Below, piece by piece: positions 37,647-50,630 of a stretch of 64,000 bases of DNA (its first letter is position 1; the number at the start of each line of letters is the position of its first letter). Under the pieces are notes generated by a model. That model saw only the letters and a program-made list of their open reading frames with translations. It did not search any database and had not been told where the DNA came from. Origin of the DNA: Laetmonice hystrix (Eukaryota); the NCBI GenBank assembly GCA_965235115.1, contig OZ249436.1, positions 28,894,001-28,958,000 of the forward strand, written 5' to 3'. Made by a program: the position numbers and the translations under genes.

Positions 37647-37664
37647 GTCCCATCGTGGTCACCA
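37647..37664 (-). promoter_or_regulatory. Primer-binding site (most like a tRNA-Arg 3' end; tRNA-Trp is an alternative)
   Basis: TGGTGACCACGATGGGAC, 1 nt downstream of the 5' LTR; TGG pairs with the tRNA CCA. The tRNA identity is from memory. Confidence 0.85.
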
Positions 37665-37665
37665 A

Positions 37666-38715
37666 TGTAAAGTTTAGTGCAGGAGCCACGAGCTTGTTTT
37701 CAGTGGTCACCAGTTAGTTGTGTGACAACTAACAAACATATTGCAATTATATTACAGTGACACAAAATTTAGAATAACTTAAAGTTACCTTTACCTGGAA
37801 CTCACCAAGGGCCAAAACAGGAGAGTTCCATCCCGGGCGTGCGTGTGCCCCCAACAACAACACAGAGACTGATATGGTGGTGTAGTCAAGTCGAGTCTGT
37901 TTTACCTTTATTGCAAGCTGGTATATATACCAAGTTATTGTATAATCACAGTGGACTGTAGAATCGCCCTTTGATTCTCACATGGTGTGCTGCATGGACA
38001 TGGATAATTAGGCCCCGTTCATACAGCGACCATCAGAGCCATCTGGTGGTCTTTTGGGTTAAGAATATTATAACAAAGTACTGGCGTCGCAGCGCCCTCT
38101 ATATGATAGTACATACGAGATTGGGTGAACGCAGCCCAAGGCTCACCATCGCCTTTGCCCGGTCCCCACAGGCCCACCATGACCTTTACCCGGCGTCCTC
38201 AGTATGTATTAAGGGCTATTCATATTGCAGCCATCAGAGCCACCTGGTGGCCTGATACTATATCACTACATTAAAATATATAAGGATAATACAGGCATGG
38301 GTATCGTGCGACGATAGTCTGAACGCACCTGGCTACAAGGTTTTCCTGAACCTTGTACTGCTAATCAGTCATGTGCTGGTCAGTGAACTGGTCAGTGACC
38401 CTCTCACTCCTATGATAAGATATTAACATTAACCTCCTGCCAATACAAAACCATTTTATAGTATAAACCAGACTATAAGACATATTTATATAAGTGCATA
38501 TTTCTCTGAATACATACCTACGAGTATAATATCTAATATATAGTTTCACATGAAGGCGGCCAATATAAACTTGTTGTTTGCCATACTACATCATAGTGTA
38601 GTTAAACAATGCATAATAAAACATACATAGATCCTAAATAAGTGCCTGATTAATATATTATGTCAGGCTAGGAATATATTATAAAATTACAGGCTGTAGG
38701 GCTGTATATTTTACA
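37666..38715 (-). repeat. 5' LTR (1050 bp)
   Basis: Direct repeat of 28211-29260, followed on the minus strand by the PBS and gag. Confidence 0.98.
37907..37929 (-). promoter_or_regulatory. Candidate LTR TATA box and poly(A) signal (3' LTR copy at 28452-28474)
   Basis: Minus-strand TATATATA followed 9 nt later by AATAAA. Confidence 0.6.
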
Positions 38716-38878
38716 CTTTGTTCCACATGTTAAATAGGCCTACAGCTTGTTTCCTGCGATTAGGCCTCGTTACAGTGATATGAATTTTAAAAATAAATTC
38801 TATAGAATCATAAATCTATATACCTAGAAGCCTATACACACCATGGGCCCGTGTGATATGCTCACGGCACTGGCGTTA

Positions 38879-39257
38879 GGCCAAAAAAAAAAAGTTTCGT
38901 TTCTTGTCCTTTCATATCAAAAAAGTGGTGCGGTGACGCAGTTTTTTTTTTTTTTTCATCTTTCTTTTTTTTTTGGATGCAACTAGACTTCTTCGAATGC
39001 AATTGCTGTTGGGTACATAAATCTTGAAGAAAAGACTAATGCAATGATGTTCAATGTTTTAGAATGTGTAAAACTCACATAAAATCAACAAGACTAACAG
39101 AAAAACGCCAACGCCAAAGAACCGTTGCAACGTTCTGTCACAGCGCTACACTGCCCACCATATGAAGCAGTCGGATTTGAAAAAAAAAGACTTGACGCGG
39201 GGGTTTTTAGGTGACGCGCGCGGGGACAAGAAACGAATCTATTTTTTTTTTTTGGCC
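38879..39257. mobile_element. MITE with GGCC(A)n TIRs and TTA TSD (Zator/Harbinger-type ends)
   Basis: TTA|GGCCAAAAAAAAAAAGTTTCGTTTCTTGTCC ... GGACAAGAAACGAATCTTATTTTTTTTTTTTGGCC|TTA. Confidence 0.8.
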
Positions 39258-39260
39258 TTA

Positions 39261-39364
39261 CGTGTAACTGCCCATGGGACCAACTATAGTGGGTTTTGGT
39301 GAGACTTGAACTCTCGATCTGCGGATCACGAGCCATGCGCTCTAACCACAACACTAGCCGGGCC
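39261..39364 (-). mobile_element. tRNA-derived SINE head; the body appears to continue left of the MITE to ~38840
   Basis: Minus-strand GGCCCGGCTAGTGTTGTGGTTAGAGCGC...GAGTTCAAGTCTC gives A- and B-box-like motifs, with no proper acceptor stem. Confidence 0.6.
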
Positions 39365-40886
39365 TTACATTGTTTTTAGAGTTGAACTGGACCAGATGGC
39401 CTCGTGGTGCTATGAATAAAACCCCTCGTATTTTTTTTCTCTCGAAAAAAAACCTCGACTGCGTCTCTGTTTTTTAGCCCCCACAACGGGGGGCTTATAA
39501 TTCGACCTCCGTCCGTCCGTCCGTCCGTCCGTCCGTACGTCCGTCCGTCCGTCCGTATGTCCGTAGACAGCGATTTCTCAGAAGTGTATGGGTCGATTTC
39601 TTTGAAACTTCACACAAGGATCAGGGATGAACTGAGGATGATGCACGTCAAACAGATTTTTGGTATCATTCAAAATGGCCGCTTGGCCAATATGCATCAC
39701 AATAACATTTCAATTCAGATCCAAAATGGCTACCTGGCGGCCATATTTGTTTCTTGACCCCCACAATGACACTGTTTTGGCTTATATCTCGAAAACGGTG
39801 CAAGATGACGCAATAGTTACTATTATTGATAGATAGGAAGTCATATATGACGTTTCACTTGGCGCCATTTTCGATGACCTTGAGCGACCTTGAAAGGTCA
39901 ATCAAGGTCATGCATATTTTCAATAGCCTGGATCTTCAAAACAGTTAAAGATAATGACATAATCTTGCATGAAACATTTACACAATGATCCGGAACAGTC
40001 CACGGATGACGCAGGTCAAAGATATTTTTGACATCAGTCAAAATGGCCGCGTGGTGGCCATCTTGGGTGTAAACACATTTGGAGCAATAACTCAGACAAA
40101 ACGATCCCGATTTCTTTCAAATTCGGTGGAAAGAAGGTGTATATGAGGGGCAATGTATATGCCAATGTATTGCCAGATGAGAGCAAATATGGCGACATGG
40201 CGGCCATATTAATATTTTACCCCCCCCCCCCCCCATAACACTGTTTTGGCTCATATCTCGAAAACGGTGCAAGATAAGGCAATAGTTATTATTATTGACA
40301 GATAGGAAGTCATATATGACGTTTCATTTGGCGCCATTTTCGATGACCTTGAGCGACTCATGCATATTTTCAATAGCCTGGATCTTCAAAACAGTTAAAG
40401 ATAATGACATAATCTTGCATGAAACATTTACATAATGATCCGGAACAGTCCACGGATGACGCAGGTCAAAGATATTTTTGACATCAGTCAAAATGGCCGC
40501 GTGGTGGCCATCTTGGATGTAAACACATTTGGAGCAATAACTCAGAGAAAACGATCCCGATTTCTTTCAAATTTGGTGGAAAGAAGGTGTATATGAGGGG
40601 CAATGTATATGCCAATGTATTGCCAGATCAGAGCAAATATGGCGACATGGCGGCCATATTAATATTTAACTTCCCTCCCATAACACTGTTTTGGCTCATA
40701 TCTCGAAAACGGTGCAAGATAAGGCAATAGTTATTATTATTGATAGATAGGAAGTCATATATGAAGTTTCATTTGGCGTCATTTTCCATGACCTTGAGCG
40801 ACTTCGAAAGGTCAATCAAGGTCATGCATATTTTAATGGCCTGTACCTCCAAACCAGTTGAAAATCTAATCTTGCATGAAACATTA

Positions 40887-43640
40887 TAGTCTAGGCAAAA
40901 CAGGGTTGGTCTGGGAAAAATGTGGTACATAATTTTTTTCAGTGGATTTTAACCCTCTGAGGGGTCCTTATTAAGAATCCGATGGGTGTGGTCGCCACAC
41001 CCTTGGGCATTTTGAGAAATCCAAGATGGCCGCCAAAATGGCTGCCATTTCACTAAAATGGCTATAACTTCCTTTCTATTTGTCACAGAAGGTTCATTTT
41101 TTCACCTATCCCTATGTTTTTGGGGTCAGGCAATCCATTAAAGGTGTTTTTAATTCCAGTAAACAATGACGTCACCGGAAAATCCAAGATGGCCGCCAAG
41201 ATGGCTGCCATTTCACTAAAATGGCTGTAACTTCCTTTCTATTTGTCACAGAAGGTTCATTTTTTCACCTATCCCTATGTTTTTGGGGTCAGGCATTCCA
41301 TTAAAGGTGTTTGTAATTCCATTAAACAATGACGTCACCGGAAAATCCAAGATGGCCGCCAAGATGGCTGCCATTTCACTAAAATGGCTGTAACTTCCTT
41401 TCTATTTGTCACAGAAGGTTCATTTTTTCACCTATCCCTATGTTTTTGGGGTCAGGCAATCCATTAAAGGTGTTTTTGCTTCCATCAAATGATGACATTA
41501 ACCGAAAATCCAACATGGCCGCCAAGATGGCTGCCGTTTCACTGGATATTGGCAGCAGCTAATGGTTGAACCTTGGCTGATGGTGGGGTAAGGGGCAGGG
41601 GCTGGTGGTCGGACCTTGGCAGCTACTGGTGGTCGGACCTTGGCAGCTACTGGTGGTCGGACCTTGGCAGCTGCTGGTGGTCGGACCTTGGCAGCAGCTG
41701 GTGGTCGGACCTTGGCAGCTACTGGTGGTCGGACCTTGGCAGCAGCTGGTGGTCGGACCTTGGCAGCTACTGGTGGTCGGACCTTGGCAGCAGCTGGTGG
41801 TCGGACCTGGGCTGGTGTTGGGGTAAGGGCAGCGGCTGGTGGTCGGACCTGGGCTGGTGGTAGGGTAAGGGCAGCGGCTGGTGGTCGGACCTTGGCTGGT
41901 GGTAGGGTAAGGGCAGCGGCTGGTGGTCAGACCTTGGCTGGTGGTGGGGTATGGGCAGCAGCTGGTGGTTGGACCTTGGCTGGTGGTAGGGGAAGATGTG
42001 GTTTAACCTTGGCGGGTGGTGCAGTATGAAATGGTGTTGGTGTTCAGACCTTTGCAGGGACTGGTGGTCAGACCTTGGCTGGTGATCACTGGTGCTATAT
42101 AGGCAGAGGTTTGTGGTCGGGCCTTGGCTGGTGGTGCGGTATGGGCAGCCCGAGTTGGTGGTCGGACCTTGGCAGTGGCTGGTGGTCGGACCTTGGCAGT
42201 GGCTGGTGGTCGGACCTTGGCAGTGGCTGGTGGCCGGACCTTGGCAAGGGCTGGTGGTCGGACCTTGTCAAGGGCTGGTGGTCGGACCTTGGCAGTGGCT
42301 GGTGGTCGGACCTTGGCAAGGACTGGTGGTCGGACCTTGGCAGTGGCTGGTGGTCGGACCTTGTCAAGGGCTGGTGGTCGGACCTTGGCAGTGGCTGGTG
42401 GTCAGACCTTGGCAGTGGCTGGTGGTCGGACCTTGTCAAGGGCTGGTGGTCGGACCTTGGCAGTGGCTGGTGGTCGGACCTTGGCAAGGGCTGGTGGTCG
42501 GACCTTGGCAAGGGCTGGTGGTCGGACCTTGGCTGATGGTGGGGTAAAGTCAGGGACTGGTGGTCGCACCTTGGTAGTGACTGGTGGTGGGGTATGGGCA
42601 GGGACTGGCAGGGGTCAAACCTTGGCAGAGACTGGTTACCAGATAGTCGGACCATGGCAGGTGGTGGTCGGACCTTGCCATCCAATTGCAGTAGAAGTTG
42701 TCCCAATGATTGGCAATGTATTCAGCAACCCGAAAATTCTCTGGATAGACACCAAATATATATCTCTAGGATAGCCTGACCCCAAAAACATAGAGATAGG
42801 TGCAAAAATGAACCTTTTGTGACGAATAGAAAAAAATTACAGCCATTTCAGTGAAAGGACAGCCATCTTGGCAGCCATGTTGGATAATCGGGTAACGTCA
42901 TCATTTAATGGAATTAAAAACACCTTTCACACTAACCTTCTGTGATGAATAGGAAAGAAGTTACAGCCATTTCAGTGAAACGGCAGCCATCTTGGCGGCC
43001 ATGTTGGATTTTCGGTTAATGTCATCATTTGATGGAAGCAAAAACACCTTTAATGGATTGCCTGACCCCAAAAACATAGGGATAGGTGAAAAAATGAACC
43101 TTCTGTGACAAATAGAAAGGAAGTTACAGCCATTTTAGTGAAATGGCAGCCATCTTGGCGGCCATCTTGGATTTTCCGGTGACGTCATTGTTTAATGGAA
43201 TTAAAAACACCTTTAATGGATTGCCTGACCCCAAAAACATAGGGATAGGTGAAAAAATGAACCTTCTGTGACAAATAGAAAGGAAGTTACAGCCATTTTA
43301 GTGAAATGGCAGCCATCTTGGCGGCCATATTGGATTTTCCGGTGACGTCATTGTTTAATGGAATTAAAAACACCTTTAATGGATTGCCTGCCCCAAAAAA
43401 CATAGGGATGGGTGAAAAAATGAACCTTCTGTGACAAATAGAAAGGAAGTTATAGCCATTTTAGTGAAATGGCAGCCATCTTGGTGGCCATCTTGGATTT
43501 CTCAAAATGCCCAAGGGTGTGGCGACCACACCCATCGGATTCTTAATAAGGACCCCTCAGAGGGTTAAAATCCACTGAAAAAAATTATGTACCACATTTT
43601 TCCCAGACAACCCTAATTTTGGCATTTTTTGCCCGGACTA
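40887..43640. mobile_element. Foldback-type non-autonomous DNA element (Academ-like TAG...CTA ends, TTA TSD) nested in the HINE
   Basis: TTA|TAGTCTAGGCAAAA ... TTTTGCCCGGACTA|TTA. Inverted arms of >650 bp are built from ~162-bp units (AAATCCAAGATGGCCGCC...). The host core repeat resumes after it. Confidence 0.82.
41560..42680. repeat. 24-bp minisatellite (GGCTGGTGGTCGGACCTTGGCAGT variants)
   Basis: Directly visible period-24 repeats, with some longer variant units. Confidence 0.95.
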
Positions 43641-46600
43641 TTACATAATAACCAGGGACAGTCTAAGGAGGACACAGGTAAAATATATAATTAAAAATGG
43701 CTGCTTGGCGGCTATCTTGGATTTAAAGAAATTTGAAGCAATTTCGTTCTTCCTGACAGAATGCATGAGGGGCAACAAGCGTGCCAAAAGTACGCATAGT
43801 TCTTGGACCCACAGATAATTTGTCCCTACTCAGTTGTTTCACGCCAGATAACGCTATCAAACTGTACATAACTGACCTCTAAAGGTCAATCGAGGTCAAG
43901 CATATCTACAAAACACTTCATATCGGATAACACTATCAAACTGTACATAACTGCATAGTTATTGCAGACACATGCATCTTTACGCCGGATAACGCTATCA
44001 AGCTGTACATAACTGCATAGAACTTGACTAAGTTTACGAAGTTTCATTTGACAATATTTCCTTTGCCCTTCAAAGATCAATTGAAGTCGTGCATCGTTTA
44101 TTCAAGAATCCATAGTTCGTGGTGGGGGCTATAAGCTTCACAAGCTTGTTCCTCCTGTTTTTGTTTTGCTCACTCAAAAAAACCCTCGACTTCGTCTCGT
44201 GATTTTTCTCGTGCATTCGTTCTATAAAGAAATGTCCCCAAACCCTTATTTCCGAAAAAAAGTGTAAAAAATTAAAGTTTATTTTGGTGATATGTGGTTC
44301 ATTCTGGATCTTAAATTAAGGCGATATAATACCATATAGCCAAACGCATATTATAACTTTCTGGATATTTAACTTTCCATGACTTTAATTTAATTTAACT
44401 TTGTCTCGTATTTTTTTCTCGCGTTTTTTTCTCTCCCGCGAGAAAAAGCCTCGAAATTCGCGTTAGGCCTATATTATCTCGATGTGTCCTATTTTAAATA
44501 TGGCAAAAGCATACATCACCTATGCATAACAAGTTTAACGTGGACATTAGATTTATTTAGTCTTTTATTATAGACTTTAGCATTATTCGTGCTTCTGTAG
44601 GCATCAACTTCTTGTCGAGAATATTCCTAGGCCTATGGCAAATAATGGATAGGCCTATAGACATCATTTCGTACTTTGTCAATGAAAACATTTATTTTCA
44701 CAATGAAATTTATTTCGCCAAATATAATCACTTTCTTTTTTCCGTTTTTATTTACTGCTGTGTAAATTCAAGGTGAAATAACACTTGTGGAATGATGAGC
44801 CGGTCATAAACGCGTCGAGGCTGGATGTTGATGTCGGGGTAATCTCAGTCCTTTCCGTTGTGTCGACAGGCTTTGCGCTAGCTTCTAATATTCGGCCCAA
44901 TTCTCGCTGTTGTTCTACTGATGTCCTTTTATATGAACGAACTCGTACTCAGAAAAGGCACAATCCCGGAAGCAAAGCAAGCATGAATAAAATTCATCAC
45001 CAAAAAATTTCTTTCTATTATGAGCATCGTCACACCACAGAAGCCGCTGTAATATGTTACCAGGCTAATCTGTCCTGTGTGCTGCAATAATGCCAAGGTC
45101 ATGGTCAATATGTGGTCGGTCAAAGAAGGGGTCAGCGAACCGCGACGACAGGCACGTGCATGATGTTTACATGTTATTTCCGTCTCACAACAGTGCGATA
45201 TGGTGCACTGAGAGTGCATTATGTTCCACATATCACCACACCTGAGTGCACTGGGCCCAATAGATTCTTTTTTCAGTAAAAACTGAATTCTTTCAATCGC
45301 CGTTAATTGAAATCTACATCATAACAATGTACCAAAAGGCAAGTCAACACTTACCCCGCGTGATGTATTTAATGCGATCTGTCATTAGTGTGACGGAATT
45401 ACAGCAACTGTAATTCCGTAACGTGACGGAATTTCAAGGCACCCAACGGCTTTATACGGGTGTCAATATAAAGCTAAAGCATATAACAGTCTTATTTAGA
45501 TGGCTAAATCTTCCTTATTATCTGCTATATAATAAGGGTGGTTTAGGATTGTTCTAGAACACTCTGGAGAGCAGGAAACTGAGAAACCCCTGCAAACATA
45601 AAAACATCATGTCAAAGCGTGTAATTCCGTCTCGGAAGTTATCCGCTCACTTCCGCCAAGGCAGCAACCGAAAAAATACAGGAAGGCATCTAGAAAATAA
45701 TAGGTTAAGTCAGGAATTCCTATTGAAGAAGAGTCATTATGCATTTACGTGCATAGTTTAACATTTATTCCGGATGAAAACTGCTGATCCGGCCTTCATG
45801 TGTAATTCCGTCACGATGGAATTCATCATGATATACATATTTTTTTTAAATCTTATATCGGAGGAGACCAATAAAGCAAAACTCTGATAAAGGTTGTCTT
45901 CTTAAAGTTACAAGACAACTCTTAGCCAGCTGTCTTTGGTTGAGTGAGCCAGCAGATTGATGTGGATATATTTCACCTTTCGGGTCGGTCTTGACTACTC
46001 CCCCTTTCCTCCCAGTCAGGGTGGGGTTGGAGGATTAGGCCTATGTGTAGGCCTATTCAGAACTGACAGCTACGGTTTTGAACTGTAGGTGTAACTGTCT
46101 AATACAAAAATTTGTAAATCTTACATAGTTTCAGCCTGAGTCAACAGCTTGGTGTGGATGACATTCGCACCTATTGTTCTTGCGTGAAACTACCCTGGCT
46201 TTATGATACACGTGATATTTTTGTGCAGCACCTGGCTATTGTGTATTCATGACAAGTTCATTCATTGCAAGTTAAAAGTTATATTTAACTTAAACTAAAC
46301 TTAACCTAACTTACCCTTAACTTAAACTAAAGCATGGACATGGACACAACATATGAAAACATATGAAACGTATGAAAATACTACATCCAAAAACAGCAAA
46401 CCAACACAACTTTCTCAAGGCAATCTAAGGGTAGCATATTTTCCGTGTTTTTAAATTCATTCGAACGTAGATCAACACACAACAACCACTTACCTAGAAT
46501 ATAAACACAACAGATTGAAGCACAGAATTGTTTAGTATTGATGTTGTCTTTCTTGGTCATTTTCTTTTCACGTTTGACTCTACATTTTGTTGTTTTAATA

Positions 46601-47429
46601 TTCATTCTGCAGGACCTGGCTGCTGTGCTGTACCGTTTGTTAACACCCAATATATTTTTGCTCGATTGTACAAATTCTTTATCGGTTATTTCTTGTGTCA
46701 CCTGTGTCATTCCTTTGCCTATTGTAAGACCTTTTGTTTATCTCATAACCTCTATTGGAATCAAGAGATTAAGCAATAGACATTTGGATTATATAATGAG
46801 CAACTTTAAAAGTTAGGAACTTAAAGGGGCATATTATGAGGAAACGTGAAAAATCGGTATTTCAAAGAACTTTTGCTGTTTTCATGAAGAGATCCTTCAT
46901 TAATATTGCTTGGTAAACAAAGACAGACTTATCAGTTTCATTTTGTGTGAGAAATCGAAGTTTATGAAGCTCCCTTGCCCGCTTTTCTGCCGATTTCGTA
47001 AAATATTTTTTAGGTGGCATTCTGATACCAGACGATCGAGTGCAACTGCTGAATTGTTTACAACTAAGCGAAGCACGTGACTAAGCACATGCAGAGAGTG
47101 CTGTGGTAGGATTATTTACTTTAACGTAACAACCAAATAAAGATCTTAGTGATAACTCAAAACTGATACATTGTTTTAAACACGGACCCAAACAATTGTA
47201 AGCATGTGAAAATATCACATACAAAATCAATGAAAATCAATATCACATACAAAATCAATGAAAATTGATAATAAAGCTATTGTTTATGTAGTATCATACA
47301 TGGGCCAAACCTTGACCCACTCAACATACAAAGCCCTAAATCTGCTGCAGTGTTTTAAGGCAACCCCCACACAAAAAGAACAAAGACAACACATACTCTT
47401 TCAAACATTCGAACCTGTAGGTTCTTTTT

Positions 47430-47840
47430 CATGTTGGCACCCTAGCTTTGTGTCCTTTTATTATTTTTATGTATGCACCAGTTTTTGTCAGCGATTTCGT
47501 GTTTAAACCTGAGCATGTTGATATCCTTGATTTGTTTCTTTTTATCGTTATACTGATGTACCAGTTTTTGTCAGCGATTTCGTGTTTAAACCTGAGCATG
47601 TTTATATGCTTGTGCCTTTTTATTGTTATACCGATGCACCAGTTTTTGTCAGTGATTTCATGCTTAAAACTGAGCATGTTGGCACCCTTAGTGTGTGTCC
47701 TTATTGTTATACTCATTCACCAGTTTTTTCAGTGATCTCATGTTTAACCCTGAGTCATGTTGACACCCTTGCTTTGTGTCGTTATTGTTATAGTGATGTA
47801 CCAGTTTTTGTCAGCGATTTTGTGTTTAAACCCGAGCACA
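47430..47840. repeat. ~66-70-bp tandem repeat, ~6 copies
   Basis: CCAGTTTTTGTCAGCGATTTCGTGTTTAAACCTGAGCATGTT recurs. Confidence 0.88.
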
Positions 47841-48359
47841 AGTTCATTCATTGCAAGTTAAAAGTTATATTTAACTTAAACTAAACTTAACCTAACTTAC
47901 CCTTAACTTAACATGGACATTGATACAACATATGAAAACATATGAAACATATGGAAATACTACATCCAAGAACAGTGAAAGAATCAACAGTGTAGGTAAA
48001 CGATGCAAGTGTCGTACCAACAAATTTTAGGCTAATTTTTCATTACATTATTTGGTAAGACATTTCTGCAAACCTTATTCTTTTTAAACTTCAGTTTGCC
48101 TTAAGCTTTATCCTTGTGTCATACATATCAATGTAATGCCGAATGACACTGTGTTCTTTGATAGTGTGGATGGTAGCTTTGATGCCAGAAGTGTTCTAAC
48201 AATAGTAGCAGGACATCTATTGGGGCACAAATTTTAGATAACCTTAATCCCCCGTGTTTTAGCACCTCTTTGATCCAGCATCGAGCGTCAATGTGTCGGT
48301 TTCACAACTGACTATTCCATCTCATCTATGTCTTTGTTCAGTCAACCGTGTTCAGTCAT

Positions 48360-48600
48360 TTGAGTCTGGCAATAAGATCATTTAAATCCAAGCAGGCTGC
48401 CCACTAAGGGCTTGGACCAATAGCTGGCCAAGATTATTTTGTTCTATTTGATTGGTTGGTCGGAGACCAGCCATTTTCCTTATATACTGATGTTCTACCT
48501 CAAAACCTCACTTGGATTTTGATAATGACACGACAATAAACTACAGCTCACATCAACAAGATTGTCGTCCTTCTGCTTGACACTCAGTTTTCTGGATGTT
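48360..48600 (+). pseudogene. Very degraded LINE (L2/CR1-like) ORF2 fragment
   Basis: Frame-broken LNPS ... KNL-LG-IFDNDTTIN-AHINKIV resembles the LINE motif LNPxKT...KNLGVIFDxxLTxxxHINKI. Confidence 0.3.
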
Positions 48601-49540
48601 GTAAGGTGAGCCAAGTGGCCTTACGATACAATTATCATACATGGCTCAAACTCCAACCCACTCAACATCCACAGCCCCAAATCTGCTGCAATACTGTCTT
48701 GAAAGCAAACCAACACAACTTTCTCAAGGCAATCTAAGGGTTAGCATATTTTCCATGTTTTCAAATTCATTCGAACGTAGATCAACACACAACAACCACT
48801 AAATATAAACACAACAGATTACAGCACAGAATTGTGTAACACAAATGGAACCATTCTCATGCGAATCATCAATATAAGACCCAAAAAAACAATAGGTTCC
48901 CTGTCTGAGGTATAAGGTAAGCAACATAAAAATTAAACCCCACAAACATCTTATTAAAACATAAAGACATTCAAACATTAAGACATTAAAAACATCGATA
49001 ACATCAATAGAATCAGGGAAATAAATAAAATCAATCGCCCCACCAAAATCATCAAAACAATCACCCATCAGCGTGTGAAAATATCAACCTAGTGGCGACT
49101 CAAATGTAAGTATCGTACATGACCGTTTGCCTTGAGTATCATTCTCCTGAGCATTTTTCATAGTTTGTATGCATGTATATCCGCTTTTTACGAATCCACA
49201 CCTAACTCCATGATTCGATAGGGTACCGTCTTCACCAGTTTAGTATTCATGTTGTCTTTCTTGATGAAATTTGTCTTTGTTCAACTGTTTGATATTCATT
49301 TTTTTTCAATCGTTTATTTATACTGGACATTACAATTTAGCTTGTAGCCATTTCTCATTGTACTCCAGTTCCCATATTTCAAAGATATAATTCAGTTGAA
49401 GTTATAAAGACTAAGTATGTACAATCGTGACCCTTTTCCCTTACAGCCCTTCCCCTTAAAACATTCCCTGATTTGACTACAGTAATTTTGTTGAACTTCG
49501 CATTTGGACGGTCACATATTTCGGTTTAGAGACAGTATAT

Positions 49541-50630
49541 TTGTTATCCCACCCCCCTACAGGGGGATGGGATCTTGAAATTGTATGGTCTTTGCATTGT
49601 AGTAGTAGTAAACAGTATGTCTATCTCAGTCAGTTTTCAAGATATCTCAACCAAACATGGTAGGCATCTGGACCATGACGAAGTCTGGTCAGACAATGAG
49701 TCATGACGTCACGTGACGTAACGTCATGACGTCAAATTTTTGGGACATTGGGGGCCATTTTTAAAGTTCCTATTGGGAATTTACAATATCTATCAAGGCA
49801 AGGTGATTGGGCAAGGGTCTTGCCAAAGACTGACCCTTCGTTTGACCTTTGACGTTTGACCTTAGGGAGAACTGGGTCCTAGGTCGTAAATCGGTTAAAT
49901 CCCTACTTCTTCTTCATTTTTTGATAAAACTTGACAATATTTGGTGGAAGGACTCTCTGACAAGAGCTTTTCAATAATCATCCAAGGATAAGCGATTTGA
50001 CCTATTTTCGCGGAGTTACGTGGCATTGAAATTTTGAACAGTGCCCTGTTTGGGTATCTATGGCTATAACTCGAAGATGCTTCTGTTAAAGGGCCATGTC
50101 TATTATTGTACACAAATAGGAAGTGATATGATCTTTCGTTTAGCACCATTATTTCTAAGGATTTGACCTATTTTCGCTGAACCACTTGACCTGCAAGTTT
50201 TAAAGTTAGGTCATTCGTCTTCTTCTTCTTCTTCCATAGAATCATCCAGAGATAAGCGATTTGAACTATATTCGCTTAATCACGTCACCTTGAAGTTTTC
50301 AACAGTGGTCAGTTTAGCTATCTATGGCTACAACTTCTAAACAGTGCCAGATAGGGCCATATATAGTTACTATTGAAGACGAATAGGAAGTCTATGCTCT
50401 TTCATTTGGCACCATTATTTTTTCAGGTCACGTGACCTGTGACATCATAACGATGTCAACCATACTTTCTCAGCGATATAACTTGTAATTGGTTGAAGTT
50501 CGAGCCATGATTACTATTAGACACTAATAGGTAGTTACATGTGCTCTTTCATTTGTCATAATGACATAATTTGCATCTTCTAAGGCTTATAAGTCGTCAC
50601 GGGTGCATGATAGCACCATTGTTCTCGCTT
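49541..50630 (+). mobile_element. Older HINE-like element
   Basis: 5' TTATCCCACCCCCTACAGGGGGATGGGAT stem; internal ATAGTTACTATTG..AATAGGAAGTC cores shared with the 39470 element. Ends are approximate. Confidence 0.5.

Larger units (their letters stand above)
28211..38715 (-). mobile_element. Composite env-bearing Ty3/gypsy LTR retroelement with three LTRs
   Basis: TGTAAA...TTTACA termini; 4-bp TSD CTTT (28207-28210 and 38716-38719); PBS and PPT; gag, PR-RT-RH-IN pol and env. Confidence 0.98.
39470..44150 (+). mobile_element. HINE / DINE-1-like (Helentron-associated) non-autonomous element
   Basis: 5' TTTTTAGCCCCCACAACGGGGGGCT (subterminal IR plus local IR); (GTCC)n at ~39508-39563; ~430-480-bp internal tandem cores at ~39770-40885; 3' GTGGTGGGGGCTA followed by the hairpin AAGCTTCACAAGCTT and GTT. 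Confidence 0.8.

Noticed and set aside
39290..39364. Possible tRNA gene
   Set aside because: A/B boxes are present but there is no acceptor-stem pairing, and it continues into a SINE-like body.
41573..42779. Repetitive ORFs (WWSDLGSG, VVGPWQ, AGGRTLA, HQPLPRSD)
   Set aside because: A stop-free 24-bp minisatellite is open in several frames by construction, and it lies inside a non-autonomous element.
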